Source of the DNA: Podarcis erhardii
Lineage: Eukaryota
Direction: 5' to 3' (one strand)
Assembly (NCBI GenBank): GCA_964252035.1
Contig: OZ176202.1
Length of the DNA: 64,000 nucleotides
Shown here: positions 37,496 through 50,295 of the stretch, in pieces
How the letters are laid out: each line of letters begins with the position of its first letter
Numbering within the stretch: the first letter of the stretch is position 1
Program-made: the position numbers and the translations under genes
Notes under the pieces: generated by a model
Database searches by the model: none
What the model was told of the DNA's origin: nothing
What the model saw: the letters and a program-made list of their open reading frames with translations, nothing else

Positions 37496-37746
37496 CATGG
37501 GTAGGCAAACTAAGGCCCAGGGGCCGGATCTGGCCCAATTGCCTTCTAAATCTGGCCCGCGGATGATCTGGGAATCAGTATGTTTTTACATGAGTAGAAT
37601 GTGTGCTTTTATTTAAAATGCATCTCTGAGTTATTTGTGGGGCATAGGAATTTGTTAATTATTTTTTTTCAAAATATAGTCCCCCCCCCCACAAGGTCTG
37701 AGGGACAGTGGACCAGCCCCCTGCTGAAAAAGTTTGCTGACCCCTG
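37496..37746. mobile_element. hAT/Charlie-like MITE, 251 bp
   Basis: TIR CATGGGTAGGCAAACT / AGTTTGCTGACCCCTG. TSD ATCTTCAC / ATCTTGAC (7/8). Confidence 0.85.
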
Positions 37747-38065
37747 ATCTTGACTGTGGCTGGTGTGACCATGTTGGAGTATGCAGGCTCAACTAGAGCA
37801 GCACATCCTCATGATCTAAACCATGGTTTAGCATTGCTTTGCAAACCAGGCCTAAGTATTTACTGAATTGTTAATAGATACTACCTACGTTACTAGGAAG
37901 ACACAAACAACAAGCATTTTTAATTTTTATTTTTAAAAGGTTGGTATTGGGATTGCTTTTGTAGGAATGGAAAACAAACAGGTATAAAGGCTGGGGTGGG
38001 TACTGAAGGATAAGCAAAGGACAAGTTGAAAAAATGCCACCCAACTCTTTCTAACATTCAGAATA

Positions 38066-38305
38066 CCGTGGTACCTTGGTTCTCGAATGGCTTAGTTGTT
38101 GAACAAATCGGCTCCCGAACGCCGCAAACCCGGAAGCAAGTGTGCCAGTTCGTGAACATTTTTTGGAAGCCAAACGTCTGACGCAACTTCCACTTGAGTG
38201 CAGGAAGCTCCTGCAGCCAATCAGAAGCCATGCCTTGGTTTCTGAATGGTTTCAGAAGTCGAACGGACTCCCAGAATGGATTAAGTTCAAGAACCAAGGT
38301 ACCAC
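38066..38305. mobile_element. Tigger/mariner-like MITE (different internal sequence)
   Basis: Perfect inverted repeat GTGGTACCTTGGTTCT / AGAACCAAGGTACCAC with TA on the left. Confidence 0.85.
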
Positions 38306-38689
38306 ATGTTCCCTTGCCTTCTCTCTCACACTAGGGTTCTCCTTATATGTCACTGTATTTAATTGCAACACTTTGGAAACAGGTTGTCTGGCTTTCTTAG
38401 AAAGTGTTTTGAACTCTGGATCTGTTTGAGTCAGCAGTGTCCTTCCAGAGCTGCCTTGAGCTGCTCCTGCCCAGGCCTGATTTGGTTCAGAATTTGACCA
38501 AATGGGTCGCACAGCCCTATTACCACAATAGGATGAAGGGAGAGTGTGCTACTGATTCTATGTGGCTTGCCGTGTACTTGCTTGTTTTTGTTACACAGGA
38601 ATTAAAAAAGGAGTGTAGCAAGGCTCCTCATGTCACCATTGTGCCTCACCCTTATCAGCAAAGTGCAGTTTCGCTATTAAAAAGATGTA

Positions 38690-38770
38690 GGCTGCAATAT
38701 ACCTGAAAGTAAGTCACATTGAATTCAAGGGGATTTACTTGTGACTAGACAGATATAGGATTGCACTGTA
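38690..38770. repeat. Short hairpin repeat with TGCAAT...ATTGCA termini (related copies near 59270-59335 and 63647-63730)
   Basis: GTAAGTCACATTGAATTCAAGGGGATTTAC core flanked by TGCAATAT / ATAGGATTGCA. Confidence 0.5.
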
Positions 38771-38943
38771 AAAACTGATGGGAAAATCATAAAACATAGA
38801 GCAGTAAATGAGAATATTAAATATTGATAAGCTAGTCATGGCTATAGTGAGTGAGGTGAAGAGAGATTTCTGGAGTAAGGCTATTACAAAGTGATATACT
38901 GAGGCAGAGAAAGCAAAAGAGAATGTTTCCTGTTGTTCTTAGG

Positions 38944-39380
38944 GAGTCTGCTCACCCTCACTGGTGGGGGCAGGGTTGCGGCCAGGTCCTGGGCCCACAA
39001 GTAATCTGACAAATGGCAGGCCGGATCGCCCAGCTGCCGGCTATTGGCCAATGGTGGCAGCCCTTGGATGGGTGTTCCCCTGGCAGCCGGCCCAACCAGC
39101 CAATGGGGACATTTGGGCTGACTCCCAGGGGTCATAAAATTGCAGCCTGCCCGGCAGACTTTCCTGCCTTTTTCATTGGGATACTTTCCGGGACATCTGT
39201 GTGCCGGTTCGTCATTCCCCCCCCCCCAACTTACCACTATCAGTGTCCCCTCAGTTGGGCTGCACCATCCATCCTACAGCTACTGCTACCTTTTCTTGAT
39301 GTTGTGCCTGCCTTTGCCCTTGCCTATTGAAGGTTTCAGCTGAATCACTCGAGGACAGTGAACCACCTGAGCGTCAAAAT
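38944..39380 (+). mobile_element. LTR/promoter-like insert flanked by perfect 24-bp direct repeats
   Basis: AGAATGTTTCCTGTTGTTCTTAGG at 38920-38943 and 39381-39404. Internal CCAAT boxes (39048, 39100) and CATAAAA (39133). Confidence 0.6.
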
Positions 39381-39971
39381 AGAATGTTTCCTGTTGTTCT
39401 TAGGAAATAATGCAGGGATGGCGGAATGGAAGCATAGGAGAGATCTCAGGGCATGGATAGGTGAGACAGTTACCTGGGTGAGGCTACTGGTCCTTGTGAC
39501 TAGTCCCTCTGATTGGATGCAGGCTGCACTTGCAGAAGTGTGTGCATATGTGCCTCTTCCTTGCCCCTTTCCCCTAGGAACGCATAGCGAAGGCTCAAAT
39601 CAGTGACTTATTATGTGCTCTGCTTATCTTTGCCTACTGAGCCTATAGCTCTACATGGAATCCTATGGAACTAAGCTATATGACCCAGACTTATGATTTT
39701 GTCATAAGGTTTCACAACACACCATTCTGATGCAAAAAAATCCTAATATATTTATGCATCTTTAGTTCAGGATGAAGAAATGTTTCTTAAGTGAAGTCCA
39801 ACATAGCATCTTAACAGCAGCAGATTGTTCCCATAGGGTAAACCAGGCTGTGCAACGTGTCTTACTAAGTTGAGCAGCTAAAATTGCAAATATGTATCCA
39901 TGCTGAGGGCTCAAGCAGTTGATTAATCAATCAAAACATTTAATTTACTAAAAAGATATTGTTAATTTGTC

Positions 39972-40014
<43 letters not shown>
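39972..40014. repeat. (GATA)n microsatellite
   Basis: Read directly. Confidence 0.95.
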
Positions 40015-40015
<1 letters not shown>

Positions 40016-40677
40016 GATAAAGATAGAAAGCACTATCCCAAGATAGGCATTCCTCCCCACTATTCTTTCTCACATGGGAAGGGATGCCTATTCTAAAATG
40101 ATGTGTGCATTATTTCAAAACAAAGCGTGTATACTTCTCACTCTAGAAATATTGTTTTACCCATATGCAAATTTAATCAGTAGCCTATAACTCATATAAT
40201 TAGTCTATCTGACCAACCATTTTCTAACAATAAGCTATAAAACCTACTCCCTCCTCCCTCTTGGATTTCTTATTGCAATGGTTGCAATTCAAAAGACTCA
40301 GGGTACTTCCAGATGACCTGTTTATTGAGCATTCATCCTGATTTATTTGCAAGGAGATTAAATGATGTTCCTATTTAATGAACATTCAGTTTGATTTATT
40401 CACAGGAAGGTCTGATGACGTTGCATTCAAGCGTTATCCCACACTTCCTGGCACACTTCCCCGTCACTTTTCCTAAAAAGTCTGGTAATGTGAGGAAGAG
40501 AATTTGTTGCACCAGACCACCAAATCAATTTTAAACGCACAACCAGAATTTTCACACATGTAACTGAATCCCACCTGAAAATGGTGACAGCCTTTATCTC
40601 CACCCTTTACCTCATAGTTGGAGATATGCTGTAGATAGACACAGAGGACTTGTGCTTGATGAGAACAAGAAATATCA

Positions 40678-40720
<43 letters not shown>

Positions 40721-41682
40721 ATTAATACCCTGCCCTCCCCAGCCAAGGCCGGGCTCAGAGCGGCTTACAAGCAATAATAAAAACAGGTTAAATGATTACA
40801 ACTTAAAAACAAAATTAAAAAATACAACATTAAAATATTGAAACATTAAAATATTAAAATGTAGCCTCATTGCAGAAGGAGAAGGAAAAGAAAAAAGAAA
40901 AAGAGGGAGGGAATCAAATTGGCTCCAAGCCAAAGGCCAGAACAACTCTGTCTTACAGGCCCTGCGGAAATAAATCAGATCCTGCAGGGCCCTGGTCTCG
41001 TGAGGCAGAGCGTTCCACCAGACCGGAGCCAGAGTTAAAAGGCCCTGGCTCTGGTTGAAGCCAATCTAATTTCCTTAGGGCCCGGGACCACAAGGTTGTT
41101 GCTATTTATGGACCTTGAGGCTCTCCGTGGGGCATACCAGGAGAGGCGGTCCCGTAGGTACGAGGGTCCTAGGCCGTGAAGGGCTTTAAAGGTCAAAAGC
41201 AGCACCTTAAATCTGACCCTGTACTCCACCGGGAGCCAGTGCAGCTTGAAAAGCACTGGGTGAATATGCTCCCATGGCAGAGACCCCGTGAGGAGCCTCG
41301 CTGCAGCATTCTGCACCCGCTGGAGTTTCTGGGACAGCTTCAAGGGCAGCCCCACGTAGAGCGAATTACAGTAGTCAAGCCTGGAGATGACCGTCGCATG
41401 GATCACTGTGGCCAGGTCGGGGCGGGAAAGGTAAGGGACCAACTGCTTGATGCGTCGAAGGTGGAAAAATGTCACCTTGGCTGTTGCTGTAACTTGCGCC
41501 TCCATGGAAAGGGAGGTGTCAAGGATTATACCCAAACTCTTAACGGAAGGCAATGGCACTAACTGGGCCCCCGCAAGAGAAGGGAGTTGGTCCCTCATCC
41601 CCATGCCACCCCGACCCAGCCATAGGACCTCTGTCTTCAAAGGATTTAGTTTCAATCGGCTCCCACGAAACCATCCAGCCAC
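40678..41682 (-). mobile_element. Young L2-clade LINE, 5'-truncated (ORF2 C-terminus)
   Basis: Open 215-aa frame with LKLNPLKTEVL, SRLDYCNSLYVGLP, KLQRVQNAAARLLTG and LHWLPVEYRVRFKVLL. A 1-nt frameshift lies near 41035 and a (TAA)n tail at 40678-40724. Confidence 0.95.
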
Positions 41683-42696
41683 AATATGGCATACCCCAAA
41701 GAAATAAATTGGCTTTGTACAGATGAGTAAGTTCCATTTGCCTCAAAGGGCTGGTTTACAGAACTGATCAATTAACTCATTATCTTGAGCAATGGTGAGA
41801 ACTGTTTAGACTGACATTGTAGAAGTCTGTTTTCTTGGATGTAAAAGACTAGGACTTTTGTCCCTACTCTTTGCATATGCAGACACAGAAGGGTTTTTTT
41901 TATGGGACTGGTTTGTTCTTGGTAGTAAGTCAGGTATGCCTTCTCTTTATGGAAAATGGAGTAGAAAACTCTCGGTGTCCCAGTATCTTATGAGACATCC
42001 AGAACATAAAACTTTCCCACTACTTCCACCACAGCTAAAATTTTCTTAATAGACTAGAAGGTAACAGAAGCTGTGCAATATTTGGGGAAATTTCCCAGAT
42101 GAGAATGGCTTCAGTGTCTCAGATTAAACAGGCCATCTGTGACCTTGCCAGTGAAATGTTTTGATGTAAATGATAAAGTTGTCAGAGTCACAAGGACACA
42201 GGTCACCATAGGAACATGGCATGCAACTGTCCAAAGTGGATTTTGTTCAGTCCTTTGGTGAGATACATAAATCAGAAAACATGTCTACTCCGTGGGTATA
42301 TACTGTATATAGATGTACAGACCCGTTTTTATTTAACAGTATAAGGGTGGAAAACCACATTGAGATATAAGCACAGGGTTTTCAACTCCCTCTTTACCTT
42401 GTAACAGAGATGTAGTGAGTGGGAGACATTAGCAGGGGAGAATGTGAGAATTTCTCACAACCCCTCAATTTCCCCAATTTTTCCTTCAACTAGTTTTAAC
42501 ACTGGAAATATGCCAGGCCTGTTGGTGGTGGTGCAAGATCCAGGGCCATAATGACTGTGCTTCAGAAATTAAGAGCATCCGCCCTCCCATCTGCCAATTT
42601 CCCCTCCCTTCTCTATATACTTGCTTTTACTCATGTGACATGCAGTTTCATTCTAAAAGAATAAGCAGAGTACAGGTGAGTGTTTGGGTTGTGGCT

Positions 42697-42698
<2 letters not shown>

Positions 42699-42745
<47 letters not shown>
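42699..42745. repeat. (TAAA)n microsatellite
   Basis: Read directly. Confidence 0.95.
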
Positions 42746-42854
42746 CGATTTCAAGCACAGTTTTGCTTCTTTTCAAAATATAGAGCTGCATGCAGTTATT
42801 GAAGACATGTAGATTTAGTTTCAGGACTACTTCTACTAATATGCTTTAAATGTA

Positions 42855-43077
42855 CAGCGGTACCTCGGGTTACAGACACTTCAGGTTACAGACTCCGCTA
42901 ACCCAGAAATAGTATTTCAGGTTAAGAACTTTACCTCAGGATGAGAACAGAAATCGTGCTCCGGCAGCGTGGTGGCAGAGGGAGGCCCCATTAGCTAAAA
43001 TGGTACCTCAGGTTAAGAACAGTTTAAGGTTAAGAACGGACCAGAACGCATTAAGTTCTTAACCCGAGGTACCACTG
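42855..43077. mobile_element. Tigger/mariner-like MITE
   Basis: TIR CAGCGGTACCTCGGGTT / AACCCGAGGTACCACTG with a TA TSD on both sides. Confidence 0.95.
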
Positions 43078-44408
43078 TATAGTGTGGATGTGGCCAGATT
43101 AACTGCAATGGGGGAGCGGGAAAGGCTATGGCCAGAAGAAATAATCATTTTCTTATTCTTTATATAGCATCATTGATGTACATCATAACACTTTACAGAA
43201 CATGAATAAGAAGGCAGACCCTGCCTGAAGGAGCTTATGCCCTGCCTTAAAAAATGGCCCTCATGGCAGCTGAGAATAGATTACAATACTACAATGAGAA
43301 TGTGTCACTAGGGGTCCTTGCTAGAGTGAAAACTATTGCTTCCAAGTAACCACAGCTTGAGTACTGAGAAGTGGTGGCAAAAGGAAGACAAGAGGAGTGC
43401 TTGCCTAGCAAGTCCAGCAATTTGTCTGGGTGGCTGCACTGTATTCCTGGAAAAAACACATTATCTGGATCAGTCATGATTCTTACTGACACCCTTCTGA
43501 AACTAAACAACAATAAAAGCAATCCTGTGTAAAAGCTAAATTGATAGAAGACAACGCCAGCAAGCTAAAACCTAAGAACTAATAACTAAAAACATGCTGA
43601 AACAAAATGCCCTGACCCATGCAAGACCTGTTTGCTGACTATGAGAAAGGTCAGTGGACAAAGACACACACCACCATGGAAGGAAGTGTTCAGCATTTCT
43701 ATGGATTCTAGAGTGATGGTGTCATGGTGATGGACAAGGCCCCGCTTGTAGGATACAAGGTGCAGATGTTCCAAAGACAATGTAACTCAAAGCAGGCTCT
43801 CCTCAGCTGCCCTTAAGTGATGTTCATATGGGAGTAGGTTTCCCCTGAAATACCCAGGGACTCAGGTTAGGGTATCATAGGTTGAAACCAGCATGTTGAG
43901 TTGAGCCTGGAAATATATTGATAGCCACCGTAGCGGCTTCAGCTGTGTTCGGTGTGATTACGGCAGCTTATATTCAGCACTTGGCAGCATTCCTTACTAG
44001 CTGTAACTTCCAAACCATCCAAGTGTATGACAGCCGTCTAACACGGATGCTTGTACTATAAGCTATCGTAAAATAGATACTTTGATTTTATACTGGGAAC
44101 TGAGGCATCTGCTAATGCCTAGAATAATAAAAGGAAAGCCTGTCTGGAGTGGTGGTAAGCTGAGTACTAGCATATTTTTAAAGAGCGCCAACATTTTAAC
44201 CAAGAACCTTTCTAAAGGGGCAAGGCAAGGGTGATAGCAGAGTGGCAAGCAGGGGGAAGGGGACACTTGTTTTGATCCCATGTTCCCAAAATAACAGTTC
44301 CAGTGGTCACTGCACTAAGGCAGAGGGCATGACTAACTGGTTGGGCTGATAGTCACAAGAAATGTACAGGAACAGGTAGATCCTTTGTTTTACTGTATCG
44401 CCCTCAAG

Positions 44409-44810
44409 CCATAAAGAAGGCCACCGAAGAATTGATGCTTTTGAATTATGGTGCTGGAGGAGACTCTTGAAAGTCCAATGGACTGCAAGAAGATCAAACC
44501 TATCCATTCTTAAGGAAATCAGCCCTGAGTGCTCACTCGAAGGACAGATCATGAAGCTGAGGCTCCAATACTTTGGCCATTTCGTGAGAAGAGAAGACTC
44601 CCTGGAAAAGACCCTGATGCTGGGAAAGATTGAGGGCACAAGGAGAAGGGGATGACAGAGGACGAGATGGTTGGACAGTGTTCTCGAAGCTACAAACATG
44701 AGTTTGACCAAACTGCGGGAGGCAGTGGAAGACAGAAGTGCCTGGCGTGCTCTGGTCCATGGGGTCACGAAGAGTCAGACATGGCTAAACGACTAAACAA
44801 CAACAACAAC
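44409..44810 (+). mobile_element. Bov-B LINE 3' end
   Basis: Collinear with 24045-24403. (CAA)n tail, perfect 12-bp TSD ATCGCCCTCAAG (44397-44408 / 44811-44822), and a CGA>TGA stop in the RRRGRQR motif. Confidence 0.95.
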
Positions 44811-45449
44811 ATCGCCCTCAAGGCATATACCCTGAGAAAAGCTGTTTCAAACCTGCAAACAGAGCGCTGCTCCACTGGTCCCTGTCTCTACTAGAAATGT
44901 GGGGCTAGGGGTGCTGAAGCAACTTGCTTTGCCTGCTGATGCACGGGCCAAGGTGTATATAAATTAAAGTGAGGCTCAGGGTAGGAGGGTCACTGTGAAG
45001 TTCATGCCCTCCCTAGCAACCGTCCACACTTCCTCCTTAGACAACCCTGAGTATAGACTAATATATACAAATAATAACACTGCCCTAAGCAACTGCAGCT
45101 CTGGGGAGTGATTATGACCAAAGAAGGTAAAAAGCATGGTTTTGTTGTCCGTTGTAATACCAGAAGGAAGAAGCTATCAGTTAGGCAATCAAGCAAATGA
45201 AAATCTTGGGCTAGCTCACGGAGCCCACAAGATTACAGACAAGATTTTAAAACTTCTCCTAGGGATTTGTGTGTATGAGCACACTCTATTTATAGATGGT
45301 CAGAAATTCATCTGTAGGGATAAAGGATTCGTTCCTGTTCAGTCATGAACCCAGCTGGGTGGCCTCGGACAAGCCCCTCTCTCAGTCTATCCTCTTTTTG
45401 GGGACCAAAAAAAGGCAACAACTCTGTATAAGAGGTTCCCCACCCCATG

Positions 45450-46745
45450 GTAGACATTATGTACTTATGTGCTCCGACTTTCAAAAAGCTTTTGAGAAAG
45501 TTCACCACCAAAGGCTCCTAAGGAAACACAGCAGTCAAGGGATAAGAGGACAAGTTCTCTTATGGATCTGTAACTGGCTAAAGAACAGGAACAGGAATAA
45601 AAACAGGAGTTGGAATAAATGGAAAGCTCCCACAATAAAGGGCTATAAGAAATGAGGGACTCCCAAAGATCTGCATTTTTAAAAATCTTGTTAAAATGGA
45701 GGTTGGGGTGAACAGTGAGATGGCCAAGATTTCCAATCACACCAAATTATTCTGGACAATAAAAGAAAATAGGGTGAATGAGCAACCAAGTGGAACAAAA
45801 CGTGATGCAATGAAAGCAAAAAATCCATACTTCACATATACATTGATGGGGTCTGAAGTGTCAGTAACCAACAAGGAAATGGATCTTGATGTTATGGTGA
45901 AAAGCTTAATGAAAACGTTGACTCAGTATGCAGTAGCTGTGATAAAGGTAAATCCCATGTTAAGGATCATTAGAAAGGGGATTGGAAATAAAACTGCCAG
46001 TGCTGTAATACCTTTATACCAATCTATGGTGTGACCATACTTGGACTACTATGTACAGTTCTGGCTGCTGCACCTCAGAAAGTATACAGTAGAGCTGGGA
46101 AAGGGCAATGAGAATGACCAGGGCAGTGGCGTCGAAATGGGGGGTGGCGGCGGTGTGCCCTGGGTTCCATGTCAGTGGGGGTGATAAGCCACCCCGCGGG
46201 GGCTTGCCGCGGCACAAGCAGCCATCACACCACTGCAGCCGCATGTGGAGGATCCTCCATTCACAACTGCAGCCACAAGCAGAGGATCATGGCACCAGCG
46301 GCAAACCACTAAGTACAGCGGATGTGCGGCGGCGCCCTACGTAGTGACATCCACCCCGGGTGTCATGACGTCTTCCTTCGCCCCAGGAGCAGGACACTGT
46401 AGCAACTTCTCTGTGAGGAAAGCTTGCAAATTCTGGATATTTTTAGTTTAGAAAAAAGGGGGAGAGGCATGATAGAGGTGTACAAAATTATGTATGGTGT
46501 GAAGAAACTGTATAGAGATAGGTTTTTCTACCTCTCTCAAAATAATGAAACCTCTGGTCACCCACTGAAGCTGAGTGGGAGAAGGTTCAGGACATACAAA
46601 ATGAAGTACTTCTTCACAGAGTGCAGAGTTAAACTATGGAATTCACTTTCACAAAATGCAATGACTAGTAGTCATGATGGTTATACAGTCTCCTATGTTC
46701 AGAATCAGAAGTAGCACGCCTTTGAAAACCAGTCACTTGGTAACA
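45450..46745 (+). mobile_element. Decayed CR1 LINE (RT domain to 3' UTR) with a nested MITE
   Basis: Motifs DFQKAFEKVHHQRLLRK...GIRGQVLLWI.NWLK, GVNSEMAK...TKLF, VIPLYQSMV and FSLEKR.RG.MIEVYKIM.GV. Confidence 0.9.
46124..46399. mobile_element. GC-rich hAT-like MITE nested in CR1
   Basis: Starts CAGTGGCGT like the 17046 element, shares its interior with 19472-19716, and interrupts CR1 between ATGACCAGGG and AGCAACT. Confidence 0.65.
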
Positions 46746-46807
46746 AAAGAAGGCTATTCAAGCCAGAGCTTTGAGTAACTAAGTAACTTAGGGCCAAAGT
46801 AAAAGAT

Positions 46808-47171
46808 AAAGGTAAAGGTAAAGGTACCCCTGCCCGTACGGGCCAGTCGTGTCCGACTCTAGGGTTGTGCGCTCATCTCGCTCAACAGGCTGGGATCCGG
46901 TGCCGTCCGAAGACACTTCCGGGTCACGTGGCCAGCGTGACGAAGCTGCTCTGGTGAGCCAGCACCAGTGCAGCACACGGAAACGCCGTTTACCTTCCCG
47001 CTATAAAGCGGTACCTATTTATCTACTTGCACTTAGGGGTGCTTTCGAACTGCTAGGTGGCCAGGAGCTGGGACCAAAAAACGGGAGCTCACCCCGCTGC
47101 GGGGATTCAAACTGCTGACCATACGATCGGCAAGTCCTAGGCGCTGAGGTTTTACCCACAGCACCACCCAC
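46808..47171 (-). mobile_element. Sauria SINE (subfamily A)
   Basis: Collinear with 6168-6532. 10-bp direct repeat GGCCAAAGTA (46792-46801 / 47172-47181). Confidence 0.95.
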
Positions 47172-48845
47172 GGCCAAAGTAGCTGAGGTGATAGAGATCT
47201 GTCACCTGATCTTTCATCTCTTTTAAATTTTGGCAGCAAGTAAACTATATGGTAAAAATACCAGGTGAAACTACCTGGATGGTGCTGGGGGAGAGGAGTT
47301 AATCCATTTTCCTTAAGAAAATCATATCACTCCCCCCTCAAGATTGCTATTTGCACAGTTAGGGTCCTGTATATATAAATTCTCCTCAATGAAGCTAGTA
47401 TCAGCTGGGTGAATGTAATTTTAATCAGGGAAATCATGCAGTATAAAAGAGTTATATCCTCTTTTCTGAGCTCTATAGTCCCACTCTGTTATCTGCCAAC
47501 TGAGTTGGACGTTCCAGCCACAAAACTCTGTCATCTCATCTAGATGGCAGCTTATTTTCTTGTATCTATGTTAACTGCTCACTGGCCTTTGCAAACAGGT
47601 CGTCTCATTTATCTCTGCCACAAGCAGAACCTGAAATTAAAAAATAAATACCCATCACAACACTATGCAACTTCTCATGTCTAGTTTCCTGCTTACACAG
47701 TCTCATACTAACACCACATTGTCAATGATGTCAAAGGGTTTTTTAAAACCTAAAACTATCAATAGGCTACACACAGTCTCGTGAATGCCTAGATGAAGAG
47801 CATTAACCATGGCCACAAGTGAATATACTGAAAACGCTTACATGGGGAAAGCCAACATATGAAGGCATTGAAATGATCCCCCACCCCACAAAAGGCATAC
47901 TCATGCAGTTCTGACTATAGTATATAGGAGGGTAACAAAACATTTAATCACCAATTAAGATACAGGACAAGACTGACAAATATATCAATTGCTCAGAAAA
48001 TAAAGTGCAAAGGATGAGCTGAACTGCCTGGTCAATATTGTGACTTAGCAATTTTATTTCAGAGATACGGATGACCTTCCCTGTAGATGTTGATAGAGTC
48101 TTTTAGCTTTTTAGGGTGGAAATGTGTTTTCCTATTTCTTACTCTGGCTTTAAATTATTTTTGCCACACTGTAGTGCAATTACACCTTTTAATGTCCTTT
48201 CATTGATTCCACATTTATCTTATCTGATTTTCTACAAGCAGACTGATTATGAAGTTAAAGGGAGAGATGGATGGAAGGGGCAACTTCAGCTGTGAAATAT
48301 TGTAGCGCACTCAAATGTAATTACATTTTAGAGCTACACTTGAGTTGTATTTATGTGAAATGAGATCAGCAGATTCAGTGAGTTTTAATTAATTGTGTCC
48401 ATTATGATCGTTAAAAAACTAAAGATGGGGAAGTAATATAACTGAAGAACTAGACAATATGAAGCCTGAGCAAAGTTTAAAAAATATATTAAATCTGAAG
48501 AAGATGTGGCTGTCACACCATTAGTTTTCCAAGCAAAATTGAATTTATGGAAAATTCAGGTATAGATCCTGATTGCAATCTTTGAACTTTTTGCGCTCTA
48601 TATATTGGACTTTTATTATTGAATAGTAATTTGGAACTCATCAGTCAAACACAACTTTATATATTTCAAAATACAGAGTATTAGCACATGGTATCCTTGG
48701 GATCCAGGACCTTGGCAAGGCCCCCTGCCCTGAAACCTCATCCCTTAAAAAAAAAAATACAGCTAACCTTGGCTTAGATCAGCACAGCATAGGAATAAAA
48801 AAGTGCAGAGCAGCAAAACAGGTTACTGTTTCATGGGAAGTATAT

Positions 48846-48974
48846 CCCTCCAGCAGCAATTCTTCAGATTTCAGATAGAATACTTTTCCAGCCCTACCCA
48901 GAGACGCCCAAAATTGAACCTAGGACCTTCTGCATACAAAGCATATGCTCTACCATTAAGCTGCAGACCTTTCC
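48846..48974 (-). mobile_element. tRNA-Ala-derived SINE fragment
   Basis: TTGAACCTAGGACCTTCTGCATACAAAGCATATGCTCTACC is the reverse complement of the family head. Confidence 0.7.
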
Positions 48975-48981
48975 TCTAAGA

Positions 48982-49119
48982 AAGAAGTGGAAAAGCTTTG
49001 ACTCTCCAGATTTTGCTGAACTACAACTCCCATGAGCCCTTGCAACCATTGTTAATGCTCAGGGATGGTGTGGGTTGTAGTTCAGCAACATCTAGAGGAC
49101 CGATGGTTCCCCACATCTG
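48982..49119. mobile_element. About 138-bp hAT MITE
   Basis: Shared ACTACAACTCCCA...GTTGTAGT core, GGTTCCCCACATCTG end, and 8-bp TSD CTCTAAGA (48974-48981 / 49120-49127). Confidence 0.75.
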
Positions 49120-49395
49120 CTCTAAGACATTACGGGTAGTGGTTGGGGCAATCCAGTCAGAAGGGTGGGGTACAAATAATAAAGTTGTTGTTGAAGAAGA
49201 ACTAGACTGTACTCAGAACTGACTCACTGAAGTTCATAAACCTAAGTTATGTCCATTAAATTTTAGATGAGTCTACCTTGAGTAAAACTTATTTGGATAT
49301 CATTCCAAGAAAGCATTTCCATTGCAGATTTACCAAAATGCTATTTGAGGTTGAGAAAATATGACTCTAATGACCGTTTCAGATTAGAATTGTGC

Positions 49396-49436
<41 letters not shown>
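49396..49436. repeat. (TAA)n microsatellite
   Basis: Read directly. Confidence 0.95.
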
Positions 49437-50295
49437 GACATATTAACTAGAACGGTAAAAGCAGTTCCGTTAAGTGATAGAAACAGGGAGATTGTCTCAC
49501 TCCTCGTCAGTGATGTCACAGTCACGGTGAAACTCCAGCAATTATTTCACATTGTGACGGCATAACTTAACTGGAGTCACTGCATTGTCCCAGAAACCAC
49601 ATACAATGATGCAGTTGTCAGGCTAAGGTATTACAATATCTCCACCGCACAGGTGCCACCTTCAATAAAGATGTGTGGTCTGGATGTTATGTAACAGACT
49701 GTTTTTGTTGCTTTTGCTATGTTATCGTCTGATCTTCTAGAAAGTCCTCCCTCACCCCCCACCCCGCCGCCATTTGGCTTTCCAGCAATTCCAAACTGTG
49801 TTCTGTCTTGCTCTCTTTCAAGCCTGGCTTGAACAATGGGGTTTGGAGCTCTGTATGAGGCGTCTGGACAGGACTTGTGGTTTTGTGTCTCTCTTGCTCT
49901 TTAATGTCAACTCTTCCACAGACAGCCCCTACGGATTCATCCGTTGATGCAGCATTTTCTTTCCTGACTTAAATGAGATGACATTGGTAAACATGTTAAA
50001 TAAGATGGAAATTTATCATTCATATCTATCATAGAAAGCCATCAATTATTCAAAATGAGGGAATATCTTAAAAACAGCCTCTCAAGTGTCTGTATTTATG
50101 GATCCTACATTGCCGCCTTCCTGGTTTATTGACATGTGCATTATCAAACAGTTTATTAACTGTGTTTGTACTAGGTGTGAAAACATAAATCAAGAGGATA
50201 GAATGAGCAGTCAACTGCAACAGATACAACCAGCCTTCTGAGAAATGCTGGTGAAACTTTTGGAAGGTTATGAGCACAGGACTATTCCTTTATAG

